Assembly: GCA_030603385.1 (NCBI GenBank) | Contig: JAUVXW010000005.1 | Coordinates: forward strand, 32,001-96,000 | Direction: 5' to 3' | DNA: 64,000 bases | Origin: Promethearchaeota archaeon | GTDB taxonomy: Archaea > Asgardarchaeota > Lokiarchaeia > Sigyniarchaeales > SOKP01 | Part shown: positions 28,181 to 37,468 of the stretch, piece after piece | Numbering within the stretch: position 1 is the first letter of the stretch | Layout of the letters: the number at the start of each line of letters is the position of its first letter | Position numbers and translations under genes: made by a program | The notes under the pieces: generated by a model | The model's input: the letters and a program-made list of their open reading frames with translations, nothing else | What the model was told of the DNA's origin: nothing | The model's database searches: none

Positions 28181-30027
28181 ATTGAGTAAATTTTAACTTT
28201 TAATCTTTTTATTTTTTTCTATTTCTTTACTTGGTTATTCGAGTTAAGAAGGTAATCTATAAAGATTTTTAATTCGTCGGCGTAAAACATCCAAGGAATT
28301 CAAGTAAAGATATCCTGATTTTCGTGCTTTATAAGGGAGCATCTGTCTAAAATTGAAATACCGAGAGGATTCGAAGGCAGAAGGCTTCATTATTAAGTCA
28401 GGACGTCCTAATTTGTATGCTGTCAACGTTTTTAACAGTTCTAATATATAAATTGTGCAACGAAGTTTTACCGCCGCGTCCATTCCTCTTGTATTCATTC
28501 GAAAGGCATTGTAGTATGTATTATTATATGAATTTCCTTGCTCAATCATCGGACGAAAGCCGTAGATCTTGAGAAAATAGTCATCCGACCATTCTTTTGG
28601 GATGAAATCCGTATTAAAAAAAAATCCTTTTTTTAACTCCCTTATAGGATGGGTTTTCAGATTCTTCCGTGCTCGAATAATCGGTACTAGACCTTTAGCT
28701 CGGATATTCTCCATGTTTTGCAGAGAATAGGGGCCTGAATCTGCTATGAGCACTTTCCATTCATATTTTGTTAGCTTAAAAAACTCTTCTATTGTTTCTC
28801 TAAACGCGAGGATATCGTTTCGATTTCCAGCAAACATCTTGAAATAAATGGGAAACCAGCGATTAAAACAATGAGCATATAATATTCCAGGATCATATCC
28901 TACCCCCTTTTTTATGCCGTTATGTCGGCAATATCCCGCTTCAAGATCGGAATAATTTGAATGTCCTTTCTCTTTGTTATTGTTACAATTTGACCGTATG
29001 AATTGACCATCCCAAATTAGGATTCTTGGAACGATAATACCACAATCAACGCATTCTTTCGCCAACAGCTGAAAAAACTCAAACAACGCATCCGCAGGGA
29101 TTTTCGTGAGAACATAACTGATATCGTGTGCATCGGGAAAAAAGTCAGGGTCGTGGGTGATACTAATTAAAGGTGGATCAGTTATAAACCTGCCCATTCT
29201 CTGAATTCCGGCGTAATTCTTAAAGCCTAAGTTAATCCGCAACATTTCATACGCGAACACATCTTCAATAAACATATCCTTAAATGACACGCCACGATTC
29301 TCAAGAATTCCTTGCAGGTCTTGGAAAAAGCTTAAATCATTAAATTCAAATAGGTTTTCAAAGAATCCATTAAAACCCTTAAGATATCGATGCATTTCCC
29401 ATTCCATTTTAGAGATCACTCCCAATCCAAATTCTTTAAAACGAGGGATCTTTACGCGAGAGAACCGATATAAGTATTTATCTTTTAGTTTAGGCACCCA
29501 ATCTATGAAGTCCTGTATCTTTTTCTGGAATTTGGACAAGATTCTCGTAGTAGATGATGCCCTCTTCCCCCATGTGGGATGTATTGGAATCCAACGAAAT
29601 TTTTTTCGAGCAATTCTATAATCTCTTGGGACACTCATATCATAAGTTTCGATAGATTTTAATCCAATGAAATCTGTCAATTGTGTTTGATAAATACTGG
29701 GCTTAATTCTATATAAGATTATTATCATGATGAACACTTTTTAAGATCTATAATAAACTATTAGGTAATCGCCTATTTATTCTTTTTGGTTAAGATTTAA
29801 ATCTATAATTAATCGAATACAGATCTCCTCTTTTATTTAAATTCTAATGCAAATAGAAATCCAGAGAATTTAATCTTGATGCTTAAATTTTGCGCTCGCT
29901 TTACGTGTAATGGATGTCTCAAATCGCACGACATAAATCTAATAGGTATAGAACTATTATAAAGGAAGCAATTAATATAAGAATAAGTAAAAAAAGTAAA
30001 AAATTTAGAGTTTAAAATTTACTCAAT
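28181..30027 (-). mobile_element. Insertion sequence (1847 bp) with 16-bp terminal inverted repeats and apparent 3-bp TTA target duplication
   Basis: ATTGAGTAAATTTTAA at 28181-28196 and its reverse complement at 30012-30027; TTA at 28178-28180 and 30028-30030; single transposase; higher GC than flanks. Confidence 0.8.
28244..29737 (-). CDS. DDE transposase (IS4/IS5 superfamily)
   Basis: 'IWDGQFI', 'IADSG', 'YGFRPMIEQGN' (YRE-type motif); likely start is ATG at 29638 (MSVPRDY). Confidence 0.85.
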   Translation of the reverse strand: MFIMIIILYRIKPSIYQTQLTDFIGLKSIETYDMSVPRDYRIARKKFRWIPIHPTWGKRASSTTRILSKFQKKIQDFIDWVPKLKDKYLYRFSRVKIPRFKEFGLGVISKMEWEMHRYLKGFNGFFENLFEFNDLSFFQDLQGILENRGVSFKDMFIEDVFAYEMLRINLGFKNYAGIQRMGRFITDPPLISITHDPDFFPDAHDISYVLTKIPADALFEFFQLLAKECVDCGIIVPRILIWDGQFIRSNCNNNKEKGHSNYSDLEAGYCRHNGIKKGVGYDPGILYAHCFNRWFPIYFKMFAGNRNDILAFRETIEEFFKLTKYEWKVLIADSGPYSLQNMENIRAKGLVPIIRARKNLKTHPIRELKKGFFFNTDFIPKEWSDDYFLKIYGFRPMIEQGNSYNNTYYNAFRMNTRGMDAAVKLRCTIYILELLKTLTAYKLGRPDLIMKPSAFESSRYFNFRQMLPYKARKSGYLYLNSLDVLRRRIKNLYRLPS

Positions 30028-30072
30028 TTAACAAATAGACTTTTTAATTAACTTTATTTTGGTAAAAAAAAT

Positions 30073-31080
30073 ATGTCTGAAAAAAAGGAATATTTATCTA
30101 AGCGTGGGTTAATGGTAATAGGGATTGTTTCTTTAATCATACTAGTCGCAGGGATAATATTATGCTATTTTGGTTTAAACGAGGAATTTTATAGTGAGTC
30201 CGGTTAAACAATCTTCAAGATCATAACTTACCTTGGCGAACCAGTGGTCTTTATAATAATCGCGACAATTATATATTTAGCATATAGTAAAACTTTGGCA
30301 AAAAATACAGTTCTCTGCTTGTTATTCTCTCATTATTTAAACCAAATTTTCAAATCAACATTTCAAGATCCACGACCTAACACTAATGTTGGCGATGAAT
30401 ATGGTTTTGCTGAACCTTCATACGGATTTCCATCAGGTCACACTCAAAATTCATTAAGTTTCTGGGGATATATAAGCTATGAGTTTAAAGATAGATATAA
30501 ATATAAACAAGTTCCAATTGTTCCAGTTATTCTTTCTTGTATAGTTTTTCTTGTCGGTATTTCAAGAATGGTTATCGGTGTTCATGATTTGCAGGATGTG
30601 ATTGGTGGTATTTTATTAGGTATTGGAATTTTATTGTTATTTATATATTTGGAACCAATTATTTCACCACAGTTCAGCAAATTAAGCTTTTTTGCTAAAA
30701 TTGTACTAACAGTGGCAGTTTCTTTATCGTTATTTCTAATTAGTACATTATTATTTCCAAATGCCGGCTTAGGGCTAGTCTCCCCTCAAATTAATTATGC
30801 AGATGATGGTGCTTTTGCTCAAGTTGGAGGTGTAATTTTAGGTTTTGGAGTCGGATATCTTTTGGAACAAGAATATGTTAAATATGAGCCATCACAACTA
30901 AACACTAAGAAAAAAATAATAAACATTATAATAGGAATATTGCTTTTACTCTTAGTTTTTGTACCATTCGAATATTTAATAAAAATAGATAGTGTATTTT
31001 TTCGGTTCTTCAGATATGCTCTTGTCGCATTTATTCTAGCTTATATATCCCCTTTAATTTGCACAAAAATAAATAAATAA
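30073..31080 (+). pseudogene. PAP2 family membrane phosphatase with in-frame TAA at 30205-30207
   Basis: ATG 30073 (MSEKKEYLSKRGLMVIG...) is in frame with the 30244 ORF across one TAA. PAP2 motifs KxxxxxxRP, PSGH and SRxxxxxHxxxD are intact. Confidence 0.7.
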
Positions 31081-31125
31081 GATTTCAATATTTTTTTATT
31101 AATTTTTAAATAGAGCAACTATAAT

Positions 31126-31284
31126 TTAATTAGCTATCTCAATACTTTCCCTTGCGACTTCTTTTAAAAGAATACGATTAATTATAATTTTGTCGCTTTC
31201 TTTAACCTCATTATAAGGTGTCACGATCTGATTAATATAAAGTTCATTACGCGACGGATGTGGAAGAACTTCCTCTAGTATCAT
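31126..31284 (-). CDS. Short ORF/gene fragment (52 aa)
   Basis: MILEEVLPHPSRNELYINQIVTPYNEVKESDKIIINRILLKEVARESIEIAN*; protein-like composition, continues 8 codons past the TAA. Confidence 0.25.
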   Translation of the reverse strand: MILEEVLPHPSRNELYINQIVTPYNEVKESDKIIINRILLKEVARESIEIAN

Positions 31285-31409
31285 CTTAACTAGAAAAAAC
31301 TGATACTAATTTATAAAATTTCCTATTTATCATCCGACTAAAAGGAAATGATTTTGTTATAAAATATTATAGTTCCTATTAAATTTAATTAGCTTTTCAT
31401 CATTGGTTT

Positions 31410-31866
31410 TTAAAATAGTCCTAAATATGGTTTAATCTTCTCCTTCCCATCAGGATCATTAACACTTTCTAAGATTTTTTTAGATAATTCTTTTTTCTTT
31501 TCGTAATATATCTTCATAATTTCTTCAATAGTTTTCCCTGGGTAGCGCTCAACTAAAGCAACATCTCTCCTTGGACAGCCTCCTCTGCGCATGCAACAAT
31601 ATGAAACTGAGCCAAAACATGTAATATCGAAATCCCAATCATTATCTTTTGAAAATTCTTCCTTTATTTTTATAAATTCCTCAGCAGAAATGCCTAACTC
31701 TAGAAGTTTTTCGTCTCTTTTGCATTTAAAACCAAATGTTAAAGAAAATCCCGGTTTACAACAAAAAGTTAAGGCCCTATAATCTCCACCCATACAAATT
31801 GGAACAGGTGCATTTTTTTTCCCATCCAGGTAAATCTCGGAGTTTATCTTTCTCTATGTTTAGCAT
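31410..31866 (-). CDS. Methanogenesis-marker-9-like Cys-rich domain protein; N-terminus frameshifted at an A8 run
   Basis: 'W..NAPVPICMGGDYRALTFCCKP...CFGSVSYCC...CPRRD' motif. ATG at 31866 is one base out of frame with the 31793 ORF, at the homopolymer 31813-31820. Confidence 0.65.
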
Positions 31867-31912
31867 TGGTTAATTTGCTCTTGTATCAGCTAGTTTTAAA
31901 GTTGCCTGGATG

Positions 31913-32046
31913 GGCTCTCGGGGGGAATCGAACCCCCCCCTAGGGATAACTGTTAAAGCAAAATATCTGCGGTTATTCACAGTCCCCAATACTAACCATT
32001 GTACAATGCTCGGTTATCAACCGACCGTTTCTATACTACGAGAGCC
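31913..32046 (-). tRNA. tRNA-His: tRNA-His(GUG) with two introns (15/16: 31999-32030; 37/38: 31948-31976) and encoded G-1
   Basis: Spliced sequence G-GCTCTCG-TA-GTAT-AGTGGTTA-GTAT-T-GGGGA-CTGTGAA-TCCCT-AGGG-GGGGG-TTCGATT-CCCCC-CGAGAGC-C folds as a cloverleaf; both introns have 4-bp central helices (GTAT/GTAC; CTGT/ACAG) with 3-nt bulges. Confidence 0.9.
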
Positions 32047-32125
32047 TTTTCTAAGCCTTATAGAAATTTTGTTTGTTTCTTGCTAAATATAATGATTATT
32101 GCTAAAAAAGATTTATTCAAATTGT

Positions 32126-32701
32126 TTACTTTTCCATTTTATTCATGATATTAATGATATAATCCAATAATTCATTAATCGCATCATCCAAATCTCCGGT
32201 ATTATCTATACAAAAGTCTGCTTCGAGAAATTTCTGATTTTTCTTTGCCCGTTCGATTCTCTCTTTTAATAAATCTTTAGTTTCTCTTTTTCGATCTTTT
32301 ATACGTTGTAAGGTTATTTCAAAAGGAACTTCTATAAAAATAACTTTAACATTTTTATACATTTCTCTTGCTTGTTTTACTATCGTACGGCTAACATTTA
32401 TGATGACAGGGTGTCCTTTGTTAAGAAAATTCTCTATCTCTGTTAGGATTCCATAGTTTAGACCGTAAATATTCCATTTCAAAGCAAATTTTCCATTTAT
32501 TTCCATTTTTTTAAATTCTTCTGGAGTAATTGATATATTTTTTTCAAATTTTGAGGGAGGTCTTGTAATATATCTTTTAGGTGCATAAATTTGCTTTAAA
32601 TTCGAAGGATGTTTACTAATAACTCCAAAAATAATTGAATCTTTGCCAGATCCTGAGTTTCCAACTATTAAAAGTAATATACCATCAAAATCTTTAGCCA
32701 T
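32126..32701 (-). CDS. phnN: Ribose 1,5-bisphosphokinase (guanylate-kinase-like)
   Basis: GNSGSGKDSI, 'RYITRP', 'FALKWNIYGLNYGI', 'NVSR'. Confidence 0.8.
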   Translation of the reverse strand: MAKDFDGILLLIVGNSGSGKDSIIFGVISKHPSNLKQIYAPKRYITRPPSKFEKNISITPEEFKKMEINGKFALKWNIYGLNYGILTEIENFLNKGHPVIINVSRTIVKQAREMYKNVKVIFIEVPFEITLQRIKDRKRETKDLLKERIERAKKNQKFLEADFCIDNTGDLDDAINELLDYIINIMNKMEK

Positions 32702-32743
32702 TATTTTTCTTATTTACTCGAATTGATTTATATTGTTAGTAGG

Positions 32744-32810
32744 TTAGGTTAGAATTTAAAGTCTCTAATAATAATTTTTCATTCATAATCGTTATTAGAT
32801 ATAAACCTAA
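32744..32810. promoter_or_regulatory. Possible DtxR/MntR-type operator in the phnN-regulator divergent intergenic region
   Basis: TTAGGTTAG at 32744-32752 (DtxR-box half-site-like) and imperfect inverted repeat TTAGAT-N4-ACCTAA at 32795-32810. Confidence 0.25.
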
Positions 32811-32891
32811 AAAAATTAAAATATGAGTGATGTTATCAATCTTACTAGAATAATATTTTTTTTTATTGCATCTAAAATTTTTAATTAAGAA

Positions 32892-33314
32892 ATGGCGAAA
32901 AAAAGCAGTAATGGAAATTCAGAAATATCAGAAATACCTGAGAGTTATCAGAGATATTTAGATGAAATTTATAGTATCTCGAGGAAAAAGAAAGGTGGAT
33001 GGGTAACCAACAAGGAGATTGCAGAAAGCCTAAAAATAGAACCTCCTTCTGTAAGCGGAATGCTGGAAAAATTGAAGCAGAAAGGACTGATTAAATGGGA
33101 ACCAAGGAAATCCATAAGATTGACAGAAAAAGGTAAAAAAATTGCCAAGCAGTTGGGTGAAACCCATAGTTTGCTTTACCAATTTTTCGCGAACGTATTG
33201 AAAATTGAAGATAAAGATGTTATAGAAAATTTATCTTGCGAGATAGAGCATCATATTACACACGATGTCAAGAATTCATTAGAAGAATTTCTCTTAAAAT
33301 ACTTAGATGGATAA
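32892..33314 (+). CDS. DtxR/MntR family metal-dependent transcriptional regulator
   Basis: 'YLDEIY', wHTH 'EIAESLKIEPPSVSGMLEKL', 'LTEKG', 'H.LL..F', 'CEIEHH'. Confidence 0.9.
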   Translation: MAKKSSNGNSEISEIPESYQRYLDEIYSISRKKKGGWVTNKEIAESLKIEPPSVSGMLEKLKQKGLIKWEPRKSIRLTEKGKKIAKQLGETHSLLYQFFANVLKIEDKDVIENLSCEIEHHITHDVKNSLEEFLLKYLDG

Positions 33315-33379
33315 GTTTAATTAGTATCTATAATTCATTGAAACAACTAACTTAATAAATTCTTTCATTATGAATTAAG

Positions 33380-34138
33380 ATGTCAGAAGAATTAAAACAT
33401 AAAGTTGAATTGGTACAAAGGCATTTTGAAAATTTTTCTAATTTTATAGAATTACCCGATTTTAGATCTTTTCTACTATTTACTCTAACTAGTCAAATAT
33501 CCTCAAATATTTTAGCTCAAATGGGATTAGGTGGAAATAAAGAGGTAATTAATATACCATATAATCCTATTTTAAAGATATATTACCAGAAGATAAATTT
33601 GATTTCTGCTGGCTCATTAATAATTTATGTTAAAAGTGATCCGATTTCTGAGGAGTTTATTTTAGAAAAAGATAATCCAATTATAAAAAAATTTTTAAAT
33701 CCTAACGAGATGAGCCTTGCTTTTCGAGGAAAAGAAAAATTTTTATTGCCTATGATTAGTGATTGTAGTACTTGTAATGGAGAAAGCAATTCTAAATTAA
33801 TAATTAAAATTGATGATCTATTTCATTCATTACAAAGTTTTCTTGCTGTGGCTGAGCCTAATTTGCTTTTTGTACTTGGAGCTAACAGTGCACAAGAACC
33901 TGATTTATTGTTTACTTTTAATATGATACCAGAGTTGCCAAGTAGATTAGATCGAAAAATTTTAAAGATTGATATCTTCGTGGATAATGAGCATAATACA
34001 AAAGATATTACTTATATAAAGCGAGAAGAGAATTTTATCATCAAGTATCTTAAGGATATTAAAGATGTTAGTCATGCTGATATATACAAATCAGCCTATT
34101 CTTTGTTATTGCACGTTAAATCTTTTAATAAGCCATAA
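33380..34138 (+). CDS. Hypothetical protein
   Basis: 252-aa ORF with typical composition; one CxxC; no family recognised. Confidence 0.7.
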   Translation: MSEELKHKVELVQRHFENFSNFIELPDFRSFLLFTLTSQISSNILAQMGLGGNKEVINIPYNPILKIYYQKINLISAGSLIIYVKSDPISEEFILEKDNPIIKKFLNPNEMSLAFRGKEKFLLPMISDCSTCNGESNSKLIIKIDDLFHSLQSFLAVAEPNLLFVLGANSAQEPDLLFTFNMIPELPSRLDRKILKIDIFVDNEHNTKDITYIKREENFIIKYLKDIKDVSHADIYKSAYSLLLHVKSFNKP

Positions 34139-34383
34139 TTTATTTTTTTCCTACTTTTAACGGATCCTGCTTTTTCTTTAAAAGGATTAATAAAATCTCA
34201 GTCTTATTATTGCATTAATATTTGACTTACATTTATGAGAAAATTGAAATTTTCATATTCGTTAGAACTTAAGCGGTTAATACCATTAAAGGATTAATAT
34301 ATTCAATTTATAAACCCTCCGACAAAATATATAAAGTATAGAATTCATTCAAAATAAATTATAATAATTTCCGGTCTAAAGGG

Positions 34384-34599
34384 TTGAACATTATGAAGAT
34401 AATAACAATAAATTTACCAGAAAAATATTTGCAGGCAATTCAGATTCTGAATGATATGGATATTTATCCCTCCCGAAGTGAAGCAATAAGGATCGCATTG
34501 GGTGATTTTTTAGCAAAAGAGCTTAAGATGTATAACGATCTTGAAGATGAGAGCTTTAAAATACTTATTCGAAGTAAAATGAATAAGCTTAATCACTAA
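34384..34599 (+). CDS. Ribbon-helix-helix (CopG/Arc/MetJ) regulator
   Basis: 'MKIITINLPEKYL...YPSRSEAIRIAL'. Confidence 0.85.
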   Translation: MNIMKIITINLPEKYLQAIQILNDMDIYPSRSEAIRIALGDFLAKELKMYNDLEDESFKILIRSKMNKLNH

Positions 34600-34602
34600 A
34601 CC

Positions 34603-34618
34603 TTTTTTTTTTTTTTTT
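34603..34618 (+). terminator. Poly-T (16 nt) terminator
   Basis: T16 run 4 nt after the RHH stop codon. Confidence 0.55.
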
Positions 34619-34737
34619 AGTAACCTAAGATTTAGCCATTTAAATCATATAGAAATGCAAATACATTAATTATACTATTAAATAGAATAGAGACATATTT
34701 TTATTTATAAATTTTTTTTTAAAGAGTTTGATGATAT

Positions 34738-36009
34738 ATGAGGAAATTAAAGTCTATACAAATACTTACAATTCTGACACTTTTTAGCAGCGCACTATTT
34801 AGTATAATAACCCCAATGTCTCTTGAGATTTCCTTAGCTTTAAACTTTAATGAAAATCAAGTAACTTTTATAAATTCAATGTTTTTAATGGTTGGTGCGG
34901 TGAGTTCTCTTATGTGGGCAATATTAGGAGATAAATTCCCCCGAAAAAGTTTACTAATCATTTCAACTTTTGAATGGGCATTACTTACATTATTTACGAT
35001 TTTTTCTACTAATTTTCTTTCATTATTAGTTTTCCAATTAATTACAGCAATAGGATTCGGGGCAGCATTGCCTTTAATTTTTTCTTTAATCATAGATCTG
35101 GCTGATCCAGAGAGCAGAGGTAAGCAGTTTGGTGTTTTAAGTGCAGTTTATGTTTTGGGCAATGGTTTAGGGCAGATTCTTTCAGGTTTCTTAATTGATT
35201 ACTATACTTGGCAAGTACCAATTCTAATTATTTCTATCAGTGGATTTGCTTGTACAGGGTTGTTGTTTTTTGTTGCTGAGCCAATGAGAGGTGCTAAAGA
35301 CGGAATTTATAAAACAGTTGATGAGAGCGCCCCTGGACTGGCTTATAAGATCAAATCTGGAGACTTCAAGCAGATCTGGAAAAATAAATCAACTCTATGG
35401 ATATTATTGTTAAATTTCATTATGTTTATCTCAATAGGAGCAATATCTTCATTTTTCATATCAATGCTTAAAAATGATTATAATCTAAGTTCTACTTTAG
35501 CAACGGGATTTCTGATTCTAGTCTTTGGTAGTCAGATCCCTAGTGGCCCTATATTTGGAAAGTTAGGAGACAAAAGATATGAATATGATAAGAAAGGTAG
35601 GATGAAGATTGTATTTTTATGCCTTTTCGGTGGATCTATTTTCTATATTATAGCGTTTTCATTATTCTTTATTTCAACTGATTTACCCTTTTTAATAATG
35701 TTTTTTGCTTTAGTTCTTGGAGGTGCGTTTCTATTCGGGGGTATTGATCCATTAACTCAAGCAACCCTTGGGGACATAAATCTTCCTCAGGTTCGCTCTA
35801 CTATTTATAGTCTTAATTACTTAACATATACTTTTGGTAGGAGTATAAGTCTTTTGATTTTAGGTCAATTCTTTCTTACATTTAACAATTCATATAGTCC
35901 AGGATACTTTATATTATCAATTATGGCATTATCATGCACTCTTATACTTTATCCTATTTTGAAAGTAATACCTCGCGATATTGAAAATATTAAATCTAAA
36001 CAAATTTAA
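34738..36009 (+). CDS. MFS transporter
   Basis: About 12 TM helices; motif A-like 'LGDKFPRK' and 'GKLGDKR'; 'SRGKQFG'. Confidence 0.9.
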   Translation: MRKLKSIQILTILTLFSSALFSIITPMSLEISLALNFNENQVTFINSMFLMVGAVSSLMWAILGDKFPRKSLLIISTFEWALLTLFTIFSTNFLSLLVFQLITAIGFGAALPLIFSLIIDLADPESRGKQFGVLSAVYVLGNGLGQILSGFLIDYYTWQVPILIISISGFACTGLLFFVAEPMRGAKDGIYKTVDESAPGLAYKIKSGDFKQIWKNKSTLWILLLNFIMFISIGAISSFFISMLKNDYNLSSTLATGFLILVFGSQIPSGPIFGKLGDKRYEYDKKGRMKIVFLCLFGGSIFYIIAFSLFFISTDLPFLIMFFALVLGGAFLFGGIDPLTQATLGDINLPQVRSTIYSLNYLTYTFGRSISLLILGQFFLTFNNSYSPGYFILSIMALSCTLILYPILKVIPRDIENIKSKQI

Positions 36010-36044
36010 ATCAAAAAGGATTAACCTCCAATAGGGGTATTATT

Positions 36045-36746
36045 GTGGATATTAAAACTGATGTTTGTAATGGTTGCGGACAATGTGTAATTGTTTGTCC
36101 TGTTCAAGCAATACGAATGGTTGATAATAAAGCTGTTATAGATGAAGAATTATGTGTAGAATGTTCAGTTTGTTATAGGAATGCTAATTGCCCTGTCAAT
36201 GCAATTAGAATGAAAAGACTAAAGTGGCCTAGAGTAATACGGGTTCCATTTAGTAATGTGATTGCTACACATAAGGTCACGGGCGTACCTGGGCGTGGAA
36301 CTGAAGAAATGAAAACGAATGATGTTACTAATCGTTTTAACATCGAAGAGATTGGAGTTTCTATTGAATTAGGAAGACCTGGGATAGGAACACGTCTTGA
36401 AAATATTGAATTATTCACAACAAGACTTTCTAAAATTGGTGTAACTTATGAAGAAAAAAGTCCAGTTACAGCATTGATTGTGGACGATAAAGGTCATATA
36501 AATCAAGAAATTAAAGAACAACGTGTACTTTCTGCTATTATAGAATTTAAGATTCCAGACAAGAAATTACCTCAAATTTTAGAAGTAATTAGAAAAGTAG
36601 ATAAAGAAATTGATACTGTTTTTTCTGTGGGGATAGTTTCAAGAATAAAAGATAATAATACAAAAGAAATTATGAATAGAGTATCACAGCTTGGTTTTCA
36701 AGTGAGACCAAATGCAAAAATAAATATTGGGCTAGGCAGGCCATGA
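36045..36746 (+). CDS. 2x[4Fe-4S] ferredoxin-domain protein with conserved C-terminal domain
   Basis: CNGCGQCVIVCP and CVECSVC...CP; 'GRGTEEMKTNDVT', 'ELGRPGIG'. Confidence 0.8.
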   Translation: MDIKTDVCNGCGQCVIVCPVQAIRMVDNKAVIDEELCVECSVCYRNANCPVNAIRMKRLKWPRVIRVPFSNVIATHKVTGVPGRGTEEMKTNDVTNRFNIEEIGVSIELGRPGIGTRLENIELFTTRLSKIGVTYEEKSPVTALIVDDKGHINQEIKEQRVLSAIIEFKIPDKKLPQILEVIRKVDKEIDTVFSVGIVSRIKDNNTKEIMNRVSQLGFQVRPNAKINIGLGRP

Positions 36747-36765
36747 AAATATTGGGGAGAAAAAA

Positions 36766-37356
36766 ATGACTCATTCATTACACAGGAAAGGGATAGAAAA
36801 GGATCTAAAAAAGGATTATGTAGTGTTAGCAATGCTTGCGGCGGGTTTTAATGATAAATATGATGATTCTCGACAAAAGTTAATAAAAATCGGCGAAATC
36901 TTGAAAAAGCATAACCCTGTTAATATTATGCCTGAAATTGGTTGGAGAACATCTCCTACTGTCACGGCTACTTTTAATAATATTAAAACTGTAAAGAAAA
37001 TTATTCGAATTCTTAAAAAAGAAGACTTAGGTCTCTCTATCGTAATTAGTGGATTGATTTCTGAAATAGAAAAGGTTGTTAAGGAAGTTGATTTAGGTGT
37101 TCATACAATACATTTCTCCTTGGGTAATACATTCGGGAGAAAAGAACTATTACCACCAGAGAAAATCCTAGAAATTACTACAATGTGTGGCCATCACACA
37201 ATCTCACCACAATCGATAACCCATTATATTAATTTGATTAAACAAGGAAAATTAACAGTCGAAAAAGCCGCAAAAAAGTTAACAAAACCATGCGTATGCG
37301 GTATTTTTAATACTTCTCGAGCAATTCAGATACTTAATACTTTAGTTAAAGAATAA
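36766..37356 (+). CDS. Conserved hypothetical Cys/His-motif protein, partner of the upstream ferredoxin-domain protein
   Basis: 'MTHSLHR.G', 'TMCGH', 'PCVCGIFN' putative metal ligands; 19 nt downstream of the previous gene. Confidence 0.7.
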   Translation: MTHSLHRKGIEKDLKKDYVVLAMLAAGFNDKYDDSRQKLIKIGEILKKHNPVNIMPEIGWRTSPTVTATFNNIKTVKKIIRILKKEDLGLSIVISGLISEIEKVVKEVDLGVHTIHFSLGNTFGRKELLPPEKILEITTMCGHHTISPQSITHYINLIKQGKLTVEKAAKKLTKPCVCGIFNTSRAIQILNTLVKE

Positions 37357-37468
37357 TTCTGATTTTTTCAAAACTTGCCAACATTGCTCAAGATATAAAT
37401 ATCTAACTATTATATTTTTAATTAAACCCTAGAGATTCATAATTTATACTATTTAGATAATATTCGAT

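Noticed and set aside
23376-31866. Methanogenesis inferred from ftr and the marker-9-like domain
   Set aside because: No mcr or mtr genes in the window; H4MPT-pathway genes also occur in non-methanogenic archaea.
31999-32030. Alternative reading of the D-arm insertion as nested introns or an intron at 10/11-12/13
   Set aside because: These boundaries give no 4-bp central helix or no proper D-loop; 15/16 gives both.
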